A stretch of DNA of 64,000 bases from Thaumarchaeota archaeon UBA164 (lineage in GTDB: Archaea; Thermoproteota; Nitrososphaeria; Conexivisphaerales; UBA164): positions 73,750 to 137,749 of the forward strand of contig DAJU01000010.1 of assembly GCA_002499005.1 (NCBI GenBank), in the 5' to 3' direction. Every line of letters begins with the position of its first letter. Position 1 is the stretch's first letter. A program made the translations under genes and the position numbers. The notes under the pieces were generated by a model, which was not told the DNA's origin, ran no database searches, and saw only the letters and a list, made by a program, of their open reading frames with translations. Below are positions 36,536 to 46,348 of the stretch, piece by piece.

Positions 36536-37243
36536 ATGCCTTTGCATATAAAGGCGGAGCCAAGCGAAGTGGCGGAGACGGCTATACTCGTATCCGAGCC
36601 AGAGCATTCAACGGCAATCTCAAAGATTCTTAAATCACCAAAGCTTGTGAATGAAAACAGAGGCTATCTTACCTATACAGGGCTTTATAATGATAAAGCG
36701 GTTACGGTGTCGGCGCATGGACTTGGTGGACCTTCTACCTCAATAGTGATTGAAGAGCTGGTCCAATTAGGTGTTAAAAGCATGATAAATATAGGAACCG
36801 CGCTTAGCTTATCTGAGACCCTTAAGCCTGGCGATCTGTTGCTGCCAACTGCAGCATCTTACATGCCAGGAGGCACTATTGGAGAATATGTACCTCAGGG
36901 CTACATAACGCTTTCCGCAACTCCTTCTTTTGAGCTTCTTTTAATGGCATACGACGCGCTTAACACAGCCGGGGTTAAGCCAATAACAGGGCCCGTTTTC
37001 AGCAGCGACATGAATTCTCTTGACGCTGATCTTATAGAAGAACTGAAAAGGCTAAAGATTCTGGCTGCTGACATGGAAACGGCAACTGTGTTTGGGCTTT
37101 CACTTATAAGGGGCATCCGCGCCGCTGGCGTTTTAATAATAGTGGGGGACGCCCAAAGAGGGCCTTTATTAAAAAAGGAAGAAATTGTGAATAAAATTTC
37201 CAACGTCGCAAGTTACCTAATTGCAGCCCTCAGCCAGCCCTGA
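36536..37243 (+). CDS. Purine nucleoside phosphorylase (DeoD/PNP_UDP family), divergent
   Basis: NENRGYLTYTG, HGLGGPS..IVIEEL, DMET; several active-site positions substituted. Confidence 0.8.
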   Translation: MPLHIKAEPSEVAETAILVSEPEHSTAISKILKSPKLVNENRGYLTYTGLYNDKAVTVSAHGLGGPSTSIVIEELVQLGVKSMINIGTALSLSETLKPGDLLLPTAASYMPGGTIGEYVPQGYITLSATPSFELLLMAYDALNTAGVKPITGPVFSSDMNSLDADLIEELKRLKILAADMETATVFGLSLIRGIRAAGVLIIVGDAQRGPLLKKEEIVNKISNVASYLIAALSQP

Positions 37244-37308
37244 TATTTCGCCAGTAAAAACGTGTTATCAAACGTGTTAGCCTGTTTAGAAAGACCTGTC
37301 TAATGCTG

Positions 37309-37361
37309 CTTACTTCTTCCCCGCCTCAAAGAGGCGGGGCTTTTTGCCCACCCTTCTGTAA
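37309..37361 (-). mobile_element. Solo IS200/IS605-type end hairpin (miniature non-autonomous element), possibly acting as a terminator
   Basis: Perfect 9-bp stem CCCCGCCTC-AAA-GAGGCGGGG; ends GAAGTAAG on minus strand like the end at 15806; resembles the hairpin at 16222. Confidence 0.55.
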
Positions 37362-37376
37362 AAACAGTTAGCGCAG

Positions 37377-38378
37377 CTACTTCAACGGATCTGCAAGCCC
37401 CTTTGCTAAAAGATAAACAGCCGCAGACAAAGGCAAAGTTACATCCTCCTGTTTAAACGGGCCGTACCAAGTTCCCTTTATATAAAACCTTGGAGCATAA
37501 ATCACCCTTACCTTTGTGGGCTCATCTGGAAGCATAACGCAGCTTGTCAGCGGGTCACATTCCTGAACATCATCGCACCTGCACTTTGTTATTCCGCTTT
37601 CATCATGAAGACTTCCAGGGAGCCTGAAAACCCTTTTTATATCCATTGTTACGTTTGGGTCTATGGCCACTCTTTCGACGGCTCTGTCATATAAAAGAGA
37701 TGTGTTTGGCGTGTTTGCTTCAAACCGCTTGCTGTCATACCCATTAAGCGTTAAATAGTCTATTATTTCTGCCCTTTCTCTCTGGCTAAGCGTTATTATC
37801 TCTCTAGAATTTACATGAACATGAAATCCATGATCTCCTGAAAAATAAACCGTTATGTCTCGGTTTGAAAAACCAAACCTTTCCGTCAATACGCTAACGA
37901 GCAATGCGGTAGCCGCCTTGACGTCAGCCATGCATTTATCACATACCCATTCCGTTTCAATGATGGACTGAGAGCCGCATTTTGGGCATGCCGGCGGTCC
38001 CTTGCCAGCTCCAATTTCGCCGCATATGCCGCAAACCCAAAACGTGTTCTCCCTGGCTGCTTCGCTAACGTCCTTCATGTCCAAGTCAAAAACTAGATCG
38101 CTCCCTTCCCATCCTTTTATATCCATTGGAGCCGTTGGATCCTTATAGTAGGCCACTGAGCTGTAAATGGATCTCGGCACATTTCTTATAATATATGCCA
38201 GGAGTTCACCTCTGTTCCTAAACTGCATATGTCTTATCATGCTTCCTGAAAAGTCTTTAAACCCAAACTCCCTTTTGCTTATTTCAAAAGGTTCCTCTAT
38301 AACGCTGCTTCGATTAAAGTAATACCATCTGTAAGCTGACTTAAGAAGCTGCAGGCGTGGAGTTTCCGACATACTCAT
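37377..38378 (-). CDS. priS: DNA primase small (catalytic) subunit
   Basis: REFGF, SVAYY, DLVFDLD, FSGDHGFHVHV, IDPNVT.D.KRVFRLPGSLH. Confidence 0.94.
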   Translation of the reverse strand: MSMSETPRLQLLKSAYRWYYFNRSSVIEEPFEISKREFGFKDFSGSMIRHMQFRNRGELLAYIIRNVPRSIYSSVAYYKDPTAPMDIKGWEGSDLVFDLDMKDVSEAARENTFWVCGICGEIGAGKGPPACPKCGSQSIIETEWVCDKCMADVKAATALLVSVLTERFGFSNRDITVYFSGDHGFHVHVNSREIITLSQRERAEIIDYLTLNGYDSKRFEANTPNTSLLYDRAVERVAIDPNVTMDIKRVFRLPGSLHDESGITKCRCDDVQECDPLTSCVMLPDEPTKVRVIYAPRFYIKGTWYGPFKQEDVTLPLSAAVYLLAKGLADPLK

Positions 38379-40539
38379 AGATCAGGACCTGTGCCCATAT
38401 TCCATTTGACGTAATGCTCAAAGGTGACGCGTAAACAAGCCTGAACGGGGTTGAATTGGTGCCGTAATATATGTTATACGCCCAAACTGGCAACTGGTAA
38501 AGGCCTGTATTGTTTAACTGGTTTTGGGTTATCCCAACTACCTGACCCGTTGAGGGATCGATCTGTGCCCATCCAAGGTACTGCAAAGGTTCAAGCCTCC
38601 CAAGCAATGTATCATTCCAGAAGTATGGAGTTAAAAGCCCAGTTGACTTGTTTATCCATACCGATTCGTTGTTTGTCCATCCAGCCCACACAAGCATGGC
38701 GCTTACCTTGCTTTCATCGCCTCCAATTCCGTAAAGCTCACCTGAAAGCTGGTAACCCTGAAGGTACTGGTCACCTGTTAATAAGTTAGCATAGGCTCCG
38801 GTTGCAAATACCACAACGTACTGCCCGTGAAGCATCTTGAAGTAATGTATTGCCTGGTTAGGAGGCGAGAGGAACATTTTGGCCACGAGGCCAATTTGCG
38901 TTCCGTTAAGCGTTGCGTTATCAACAACCGTGGTCTGGTTGCCCATTACAGTTATCCAGTAGCCGTAGTCCCACCAAGCTACGACAACTGAATGAGGTGG
39001 CATATTAGAGGAGTTTGACATCCACTTTAGCGCGTCTATCCAAGCTGGCACATATCCGTTAAGTATTGTTGCTGAATTTGCTATGGTTACTGGTGAATTA
39101 TTTGCAGGGTACCAGTAATATATTGGGACCGCCGCTAACGATATAAGAAAAGCCGCAGCGGCATATTTTTCAGCCCTGTAGCCTATGGATGGGCCTTTAG
39201 GCGCAGGCTGCCGCGCTTTCTTTTTTACAGGCCGCGCCGCTGCTGGAGCTGGGGCTATTGATGTATAAACATAATATACCCCAATGGGCGCGCCGATTAT
39301 TATCGCCATGCCTATAAAGTCAAGAAGCTCCCCAAAAGCAGATCCTATGTAGAAGCTCCATATGAGAAGTATTGCTGTAGCTAAAGACCCTATGGTTTTC
39401 TTTTTAATCAGATAATAGCCGCCTAGCGCGGTTAAAAGCGCTCCAAACCCGTACATAAAGTCCAGCTCAAGTCCAGAAACTGGAAGTTGCTCTGCAACCG
39501 TGCTTACCACGCTTGGCTTTGTCCTTATGAACAGGTCAATTACAGAGAGATACCGCAGGTTAACCAGCTTTGGCAGAAAATAAGCTATGCCAGCAAGGCC
39601 TCCAATACCAAGCACGAAGAGAATGGCATATAGCGCAGGCTGTGGCATTATCTTCTTTTCCTGATTTATATAGGCCAGCGCGTTTAATATCAACGAAAGA
39701 TAAAGAAGCAGCATGGTCGCTGAATAGATCCAGGAACGACCAGGGTCTGGAAATATGGCCGCTACCATTGCCCCTATCGTGTAAAGCAATTCAAGCGAAA
39801 TCGTCTTTCTGCTTATCTTTATAAGAAGTGGAGCCGCAAGAAATGCGAGACCAATAACCCCGTTAATGTTCTCTGCGCCTCCCCAGACAGTATACGAATA
39901 ACCTACCACAAGGCCCGCTAAAAGCGATAGCGCATAAGGATATTTGTCTTTGTCAAAGGCATAAATTAAAAGCATGAATGCTAATGGCATAAGAAGAAAG
40001 TCGAGAGGCGTTCCCTTGTACCACCCAAAGTCAGTTCTGGTTATCAGGCCTGGTATGCCAAGGCTTAACACGGCAACCAGTAGTCCAATGTACTTGTTGC
40101 CTGTTAAGGATTTTACAATGAAGTACATTGGTATTAATGCTATTATCCCCTCGAAAATAGGGAGAACAACCACAAAGTTGTAAAGCGAAATCTTGAGTCC
40201 GATCCCGCTTACCAGCAAGTAAAGCGTTGCGGTAAAAAAGTAAAGGCCGTCTGGAGATGTGGTAGCTATGTGTCTTCCCCAAGGATACCAAAAGTAAGGT
40301 GACACATAGCTAAAGAATTTCCCTATGCCTGAAAGGCCGTACTGCTGAAGAAAGCTTACCAGCACGCTTGTCGCATAATAGTGGTAAAATGGGTCAAATT
40401 CATTTAAATAGACCCCATACTTGGCGGGCATGAGCCTTATGTATATGTTTGCTGCTAGCAAAGCTGCAAACGTAATGATTGCCAGTGAGTCAGCGAGGCT
40501 GAGACGCGGCCAGTGAATCCTTGGGTTTACTGTGGCCAT
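38341..40539 (-). CDS. aglB: Oligosaccharyltransferase AglB (STT3 family)
   Basis: EFDPFYH, TVAE, WWDYGYW, DNAT, DESK; multi-TM. Confidence 0.93.
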   Translation of the reverse strand: MATVNPRIHWPRLSLADSLAIITFAALLAANIYIRLMPAKYGVYLNEFDPFYHYYATSVLVSFLQQYGLSGIGKFFSYVSPYFWYPWGRHIATTSPDGLYFFTATLYLLVSGIGLKISLYNFVVVLPIFEGIIALIPMYFIVKSLTGNKYIGLLVAVLSLGIPGLITRTDFGWYKGTPLDFLLMPLAFMLLIYAFDKDKYPYALSLLAGLVVGYSYTVWGGAENINGVIGLAFLAAPLLIKISRKTISLELLYTIGAMVAAIFPDPGRSWIYSATMLLLYLSLILNALAYINQEKKIMPQPALYAILFVLGIGGLAGIAYFLPKLVNLRYLSVIDLFIRTKPSVVSTVAEQLPVSGLELDFMYGFGALLTALGGYYLIKKKTIGSLATAILLIWSFYIGSAFGELLDFIGMAIIIGAPIGVYYVYTSIAPAPAAARPVKKKARQPAPKGPSIGYRAEKYAAAAFLISLAAVPIYYWYPANNSPVTIANSATILNGYVPAWIDALKWMSNSSNMPPHSVVVAWWDYGYWITVMGNQTTVVDNATLNGTQIGLVAKMFLSPPNQAIHYFKMLHGQYVVVFATGAYANLLTGDQYLQGYQLSGELYGIGGDESKVSAMLVWAGWTNNESVWINKSTGLLTPYFWNDTLLGRLEPLQYLGWAQIDPSTGQVVGITQNQLNNTGLYQLPVWAYNIYYGTNSTPFRLVYASPLSITSNGIWAQVLIYEYVGNSTPAAS

Positions 40540-40638
40540 TGAGTAGAGGTATTAATCCCATTTATTTTTATCCTTTTGCTTTTTTATAAGGGAATGCCAG
40601 TGCGAATGGTTTTAAGCCTGTGTCATGTAAATACCCTT

Positions 40639-41196
40639 ATGGAGGACATAATAAACATGATAAAGGAAGCCCTTCAGGCTGAGCTTGAAAATGATGGCCT
40701 GACCGAGCTTCCGCAGGACTTTTACGGGATAGCAGCGCTCAGGATAAAGCAGCTAAGGCTTTATGAGCTCACCGGCGTTTCCGACGATGTTAAGGAGGCC
40801 GCTAAGGGCCTAAGGGAACTTCTTGTCAGCATGATCTTTGACCTTATAGACCTGCGGGCAAAAAAGATGCTTGATGAATGCCTGAAAAGGGGAATCCCTC
40901 AGACGGACGTTTATGAGAGGCCGCTTGCAGAAGCGCTTGCCAGGTTTTTGAAGGAAGTGGATTTGCTAAAGGGGGCTGTTCTTGAAGGCAACGTAAAGGA
41001 CCTTCAGGATAGGTACAGGTCTTACAGGTCTGGCTACAGGCTTGTTAGATTTAACGCTGGCATAGATAGGTTTGTGGGAATAGACCTGGTTGAGTATGGG
41101 CCATTTGAACAGGGCGACGTTGTAGTTATGCCGTTTGAAAATGCGAAAACGTTAATAGAGAAGAAGATTGTTGAGGACTTGGGAGGCGTGCAATGA
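40639..41196 (+). CDS. GINS complex subunit (Gins15/Psf1-like)
   Basis: LTELPQDFY, R.KK, FVGIDLVEYGPFEQGDVVVMPFENA; priS-L44e neighbourhood. Confidence 0.82.
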   Translation: MEDIINMIKEALQAELENDGLTELPQDFYGIAALRIKQLRLYELTGVSDDVKEAAKGLRELLVSMIFDLIDLRAKKMLDECLKRGIPQTDVYERPLAEALARFLKEVDLLKGAVLEGNVKDLQDRYRSYRSGYRLVRFNAGIDRFVGIDLVEYGPFEQGDVVVMPFENAKTLIEKKIVEDLGGVQ

Positions 41197-41483
41197 AGAT
41201 ACCGGACTTGATAAATACATACTGCCCTAAGTGCAAGAAGTATACTCAGCATGAGGTGTCCATATACAAGAAGGGCAAAGAAAGGTCGATGAGCCTGGGC
41301 GCAAGGTATCACGAAAAGGTAAAACATGGGTACGGAGGACAAAAATACCCGGAGCTTAAAAGAACAGCAAAGACAACAAAGAAGGTTACGCTTAAGCTCA
41401 AGTGTAAGGAGTGCGGCTATGTTATAGTGAAGGAAGGCATGAGACTAAGGAAGACGGAAATGGTTGAAAGCGTTAAGAGGTGA
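41193..41483 (+). CDS. rpl44e: 50S ribosomal protein L44e
   Basis: TYCPKCKKYTQH, GYGGQ, AKTTKKV.L.LKCKECG. Confidence 0.96.
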   Translation: MKIPDLINTYCPKCKKYTQHEVSIYKKGKERSMSLGARYHEKVKHGYGGQKYPELKRTAKTTKKVTLKLKCKECGYVIVKEGMRLRKTEMVESVKR

Positions 41484-41488
41484 AATAG

Positions 41489-41686
41489 ATGCCAATTATA
41501 AAGGATTTAATAATACAGCCAAGGAGCGCCTTCTTGGTGGTTCAGTGCCCAAAGTGCGGAACAGAAAAAATTCTGTTTTCACACACTACGCGCGAGATAA
41601 AATGTGAAAACTGCGGTGAAGTTTTGACCAAACCAACAGGCGGTAAGGCGGTCATTTACGGCAAGATAGTAAGGAGACTGGATTGA
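41489..41686 (+). CDS. rps27e: 30S ribosomal protein S27e
   Basis: PRSAFL.VQCPKCG...FSH...CENCG..L.KPTGGKA. Confidence 0.96.
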   Translation: MPIIKDLIIQPRSAFLVVQCPKCGTEKILFSHTTREIKCENCGEVLTKPTGGKAVIYGKIVRRLD

Positions 41687-42447
41687 TAAGCTCACAGGGC
41701 TTTCCAGAAACCGGGGAAGTTGTCCTAGCGACTGTAGAGTCTGTCAGCCCATCTGGAGCCTGGGTTACCCTAGATGAGTACGGAGGGCTTAGGGCGTTTC
41801 TCCCTGAGAGTGAAGTATCCAGAGGCAGAGCCCGGTCAATTGACAGAATACTAAAGCCGAAGCAGAAGGTTATAGTGAAGGTTACAAACGTCGATCAGGC
41901 TAGGAGAATAGTGGACGTTTCAATCAAGCAACTAACTCAGGAGGAGGAAAGGCTCAAAAGGATCGAGGTTAAGAAGTCAAGGTGGGCTGAAAGCCTTTTT
42001 AACATAGCTGCGCAAAAGCTTGGAATAAAGGACGTTGATTCCCAAATAAAGCTGGTTCTAAAAAAATATGAAAGCCTTTACGATGCTGTTGAGGCGCTGC
42101 TAAACAAAGGCGCAGATGAATTTGTGGCTCTTGGTATTAACAGAAAGCTTGCTGAAGAAATATATGAACTGGCAAAGGAAAGGTTTGCTCAACAAAAGGT
42201 GTCAATTGTTAAAACTCTTGAAATATACAGCCCCGAGCCAGACGGAATAGAGGTTGTAAAAAGCTCCCTGATAAGCGCAATTTCAGCGCTTCCAGCGGGT
42301 TCAGCAAAGGTCACATATGTCAGCTCTCCAAAGTACAGGCTAGAGATCCTTGCGGACGATTATAAGGCCGCTGAGAAACTTCTTAAAAGGTTTGAGGAAG
42401 AGGTAGAAAGGGCCGGAAGCGGAAAGGTCCTATACAGGATACTTTGA
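41683..42447 (+). CDS. eif2a: Translation initiation factor aIF2 alpha subunit
   Basis: S1 domain (PETGEVV, LDEYGG, SEVS), SPKYR, DYK.AE; canonical operon position. Confidence 0.93.
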   Translation: MISSQGFPETGEVVLATVESVSPSGAWVTLDEYGGLRAFLPESEVSRGRARSIDRILKPKQKVIVKVTNVDQARRIVDVSIKQLTQEEERLKRIEVKKSRWAESLFNIAAQKLGIKDVDSQIKLVLKKYESLYDAVEALLNKGADEFVALGINRKLAEEIYELAKERFAQQKVSIVKTLEIYSPEPDGIEVVKSSLISAISALPAGSAKVTYVSSPKYRLEILADDYKAAEKLLKRFEEEVERAGSGKVLYRIL

Positions 42448-42456
42448 TTTGTGAAG

Positions 42457-42612
42457 ATGAAAAAGTATATAAGAAAATGCGTTTCCTGCGGCAGATATAC
42501 TATGAAAGAGACTTGCCCTGTATGCGGCGCGCCTACAAAGAGCGCACATCCCCCACCTTTTTCACCTGATGATAAGTACCTGAAGTACAGGCTCAGCCCT
42601 GCTGAACCTTAA
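42457..42612 (+). CDS. nop10: H/ACA RNP protein Nop10
   Basis: Translated by hand: MKKYIRKCVSCGRYTMKETCPVCGAPTKSAHPPPFSPDDKYLKYRLSPAEP*; below ORF-track cutoff. Confidence 0.93.
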   Translation: MKKYIRKCVSCGRYTMKETCPVCGAPTKSAHPPPFSPDDKYLKYRLSPAEP

Positions 42613-42627
42613 ACTGACTTCGCGCCA

Positions 42628-42963
42628 TTAATGGCGAGGCTTTCTGCTCACATTAAAGTAAACTCCCAGCGCAGTAGCAACGGTTATGCCGTTCTGTTCA
42701 GCCCTTGCCTCTGCGTAAGCAAGGTTTTTGCCGTACCAGATGGCCTTTGCTTCAGCAACGAGCGGCCCTTCCTTTGCAGGCTGCACGAAGTTTACTGAAA
42801 TGCTGGATGTTACGTACCCCTTAAACAGGGTGCCCATGGCTACGTCTAAAATAGCCGTAATCACCGCGCCATGAACTATGCCGTATTTGTTAAGGTGCCG
42901 CCTATCGCACAAAAGCTCAGCCTTCCCTTCGCCAGCCTTTATCCCTATTTCTTCGCTAAACAT
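42628..42963 (-). CDS. PaaI-family thioesterase (hotdog fold)
   Basis: HLNKYGIVHGAVITAILDVAMG. Confidence 0.87.
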   Translation of the reverse strand: MFSEEIGIKAGEGKAELLCDRRHLNKYGIVHGAVITAILDVAMGTLFKGYVTSSISVNFVQPAKEGPLVAEAKAIWYGKNLAYAEARAEQNGITVATALGVYFNVSRKPRH

Positions 42964-42996
42964 ATTTAGACCGGCCTGCAATTCCCGATTTAACTT

Positions 42997-44142
42997 TTAT
43001 TGCATATCTATGCTGGCCAGCCGCGTTTCTGGCAACACATAGAACCCAGCTAGCGCTCCAATGCTTACTGCGCTTATAATTAAAAACGGAACAACAGCGC
43101 TTAGGCCTGATGAAAACGCAAGCGCAAGGACTAATGGTGACACTATTCCGCCAATTCTGCCCCACGCAAGCGCGTTGCCCAGGCCGGTCCCCCTGAGCTC
43201 CTTAGGATAAATCTCTGACGCAATTATAGTTATAAGCCCGAGACATGCCTCCATGCCAAAAGTAGACAAGAACATTGCGGCAAGAAGCCCGGAGCTGCTT
43301 AAAATCAACGGTATCAAAAGCTCTGATGCAGCCGCTACTGCCGCGTTGATCATGCCGAGAATACGTCTGCCAAGCCTATCTACAATTGGCGCCACCGCCA
43401 GCGCCCCTGAAAATGCGCCTATATTGGCTACAAGCAGGGCTACACCCCTTATAGCTTCGGGCATCTTAAAATACCCCCTGTAAATCAATGAGGGAAACCA
43501 TACCACAAGGCCATAAGTCGAAAAGAACACAAAAAAAGTGGTTGCAGAGGCCAGCATTGTTTTAACTCTTAGATCTTTGCTAAATATGGATCCGTTGTGA
43601 GGAGCGTATGATGTTTTAAGCGTTTCAGGCACCCATAATATTGGGACTAACAGCACCAATTGCGCAAGCCCAAAGTAAAAAATGTAGTTTATTGCCCTGA
43701 ATATTATAAACACCGGCGCCACCACAAATCCGAGGTTAAACATGGCGTTCCCAATGGCCATTATAAGGCCCCGTCTACCCGGATCCGACAGCTCATTCAT
43801 CATGGCGTTTGCAACGGGCACGTTTGCCCCTATCCCAAGCCCAGCTATGAAAAACCCGACGAAAAAGGCGTTTATGCCGCCGATGGCCGGGATAAAAGAT
43901 CCTACTGAATAAAGGCCTATGCTCATTGCAAGCGCCTGCCTCCGCCCTATAGAATCTGCTATACGGCCTGAAGCCAGAGAACCAAATAGCATCCCCAGGA
44001 ACTCAAACGAAAACAGGTAGCCCTCTAAGGTGTAAAGGTTTTTAGCAAAGTAAAAGGGCGAGACCACAGATGGCATTATCAATACGGTTCCCGCGGAAAG
44101 TTGCGTGAGGAAAAGATAGGTGTTGCTGCGCAGCCTGTTCAT
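42997..44142 (-). CDS. MFS transporter
   Basis: GRIADSIGRR, VDRLGRR, SEIYPKELRGTG, PET motifs; about 12 TM. Confidence 0.9.
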   Translation of the reverse strand: MNRLRSNTYLFLTQLSAGTVLIMPSVVSPFYFAKNLYTLEGYLFSFEFLGMLFGSLASGRIADSIGRRQALAMSIGLYSVGSFIPAIGGINAFFVGFFIAGLGIGANVPVANAMMNELSDPGRRGLIMAIGNAMFNLGFVVAPVFIIFRAINYIFYFGLAQLVLLVPILWVPETLKTSYAPHNGSIFSKDLRVKTMLASATTFFVFFSTYGLVVWFPSLIYRGYFKMPEAIRGVALLVANIGAFSGALAVAPIVDRLGRRILGMINAAVAAASELLIPLILSSSGLLAAMFLSTFGMEACLGLITIIASEIYPKELRGTGLGNALAWGRIGGIVSPLVLALAFSSGLSAVVPFLIISAVSIGALAGFYVLPETRLASIDMQ

Positions 44143-44249
44143 CTGTGGTGCACTCAGATAACTCTGTCAGGATTATGATATTAAGGTGTTGCAGTATCTT
44201 TAATACGCGGCTTCATAACCTACACAGCAATGCACAATTAGAGTTAAAT

Positions 44250-44858
44250 TCAGGCAGCCTGCTGAGCTACAGGCGTTAAAAGCTTTGTCACAAGCTTCAT
44301 TTTTATCAGGAGATAGCTCTTAATAGGATAAACCTTTTTGGCCTCCTCGGTCACCTTCTGCAGGAGGCTGCCTGAAAGCAATGAGGCCACAAGCTGATCA
44401 TAGTTCATGTTTGGTACTTCATCAGAAAGCGCCTTATCGGCCACAAGCCTGATCTTGTGTATCTTTGACCAGTTTATCTTATCCACTGTAAACAACGCAA
44501 CCTCCAGCCTCACTGTGTATGAATCATTTGTGCTGTATGTCCCCGTTACCTCAACAAGGGACGAGCCGCGCCTTATCATAGCCCTATAAACCTCCCTTGC
44601 GTATTCTATGCCCTTGACCTTTGTGTATGCCCTTCCCCCTTCAACCTTTATTATCTGAAGGTAAAGCTTTATGTTGTTGTTCTCAAAGTTGTCCTGGTAT
44701 ATCTGAAAAAGCGAAATTGGAACAACTCTGCCGATCACTGCCTGTTCCTCGTTTGCAGGTATGCTGGCTACCACCATATTCCCGAGTATTTCAGGAGCTA
44801 AAACGTCAACCCATACTTTTGACTTCCACTTGTCCTTTACCTTTGCGACCTTTGGCAT
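44250..44858 (-). CDS. rps3ae: 30S ribosomal protein S3Ae (eS1)
   Basis: KVKDKWKSKVW..V.AP, GRV, R.MIRRGSS, KKVYPI. Confidence 0.92.
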   Translation of the reverse strand: MPKVAKVKDKWKSKVWVDVLAPEILGNMVVASIPANEEQAVIGRVVPISLFQIYQDNFENNNIKLYLQIIKVEGGRAYTKVKGIEYAREVYRAMIRRGSSLVEVTGTYSTNDSYTVRLEVALFTVDKINWSKIHKIRLVADKALSDEVPNMNYDQLVASLLSGSLLQKVTEEAKKVYPIKSYLLIKMKLVTKLLTPVAQQAA

Positions 44859-44899
44859 ACGCAAACTCCTATAGGCAGGCATCTTTTATTCGTTTCTGT

Positions 44900-45673
44900 T
44901 CATTTAACATTATTCAACCATGAGCCTGCTACTGGCTTTGGAAAAAGAACAACTGGCTCTTCCGCTTTTGCAACTGGTTCAAAATAATACGTGTTTTTAT
45001 GCGCCTGCTTTACCTTGCTTACACACGTTCTAAGATAATCCGCGTATTGCTTTGCCTGAACCGCAAGATCAACCCTGAGCCTTAACTGTGGGTTAACGTA
45101 TTCCACAAACTTTGCTACCATGTATATCTCATTGCAATCAACAAGCCCTGGAAAAAGCACGGTTTCCGCTACAGTGGTTTGCGGATTAGCGTATTTCTTA
45201 AAGTTCGCAAGAACTATGGCGTTATCCTTTCCTGTTAATGCCAAATGAAGCGACGGCGTTATAGCCTTAATGCTAAACGTCATTCCATGCAGCAACGAAA
45301 TCAACCGGTCGTTAATGAGTTCCCCGTTTGTTATAAGCCATGGCTTTATGCCTGCCGCGACTAGGCCCTTTAGTATTGCAAAAATGGCTGGGTCATATGT
45401 TGGTTCTTCGCCGCCCAAGAATGCCGTATGCACGCCATTGCTAACAAGCATCTCTAACAGGGCATTAAGGGTTAACGTCTGGCCATAGCTTAGCGCCGAT
45501 TTCTTTTCCTGACTCAGGGATAGGCACCACCTAGAAACGCTCCTTGCAACGCAGTAAACGCAGTTCCACGTACAGCCGTTAAAGAAAAGATATGCGCTCC
45601 CATCGCTGAACTTAACTACATGATAAACTCTAGTCTTCTGGTCTGCGCTCATTTGCCCTGCGCCTTCTTTCAT
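44900..45673 (-). CDS. Radical SAM protein (PflA/activase-like)
   Basis: GCTWNCVYC CxxxCxxC, GGEEPT, ITNG, SIKA. Confidence 0.85.
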   Translation of the reverse strand: MKEGAGQMSADQKTRVYHVVKFSDGSAYLFFNGCTWNCVYCVARSVSRWCLSLSQEKKSALSYGQTLTLNALLEMLVSNGVHTAFLGGEEPTYDPAIFAILKGLVAAGIKPWLITNGELINDRLISLLHGMTFSIKAITPSLHLALTGKDNAIVLANFKKYANPQTTVAETVLFPGLVDCNEIYMVAKFVEYVNPQLRLRVDLAVQAKQYADYLRTCVSKVKQAHKNTYYFEPVAKAEEPVVLFPKPVAGSWLNNVK

Positions 45674-46058
45674 GGCCTGACTCCCTGTACATGCTTGTTA
45701 GAAGCTCTGCCGCCTGCCTGTCAAGGTGAACATAAATGGGCCCAAGGGGGGATTCCTGCTCGTCATCGCAAAGGACAAGTTGCCCGGAGTACGCGGCCTG
45801 TCTATTAACCATGAATGTATACCCCTCACCTGATTTGCCAGCATTTATTAGCTCAAAGAGAAGGGCAAGCAGGCCCTTGCTGCTGAAAGTCCTGAAGAGC
45901 CTTATAACCGATTGCTCCCCTCCAGAGGCCTCTATCATGTCTTCTTGTTCACGCACGATGAGAGCTGGATCCTGAGGGTCAAGCACGTTGATCACAGCGC
46001 GCTTGACCTTTTCCTTGGACTCAGAGGGGTTTACCCGCGCTATCGCCTTTATATACAT
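45630..46058 (-). CDS. DUF54/UPF0201 RNA-binding domain protein
   Basis: VNPSES.EKVKRAV.N, NRQAAYSG, ESPLGPI. Confidence 0.82.
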   Translation of the reverse strand: MYIKAIARVNPSESKEKVKRAVINVLDPQDPALIVREQEDMIEASGGEQSVIRLFRTFSSKGLLALLFELINAGKSGEGYTFMVNRQAAYSGQLVLCDDEQESPLGPIYVHLDRQAAELLTSMYRESGHERRRRANERRPED

Positions 46059-46348
46059 CTAAAAAGCCTACAGCAGGCCTCCCTAAAACGGTTTTTGTCT
46101 TCATTTATTGGCAGGCGCTGGCCTTTGTTGATGTCCGTTTAACACGAAAAGCCTATGAAAGGATTTTATGAAGCCTTAATCGCGTGTTGCCTTTTTTAAC
46201 GGCAAACAGCGGCCCTCTCACCTCAGGCTAATGCCATGGCGCCCACTCATTAACATCAAAGCGGTAATTGAAGCATCTGGCCTTCGCCATTTCCGTTTAA
46301 AAATAAGCCCCCTGTTGCCCGCCAGTGTGCTGCACTAGCGCAAATTTG

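Noticed and set aside
46059..46348. 290-bp intergenic gap as ncRNA or pseudogene
   Set aside because: No C/D boxes, cloverleaf or protein similarity recognised
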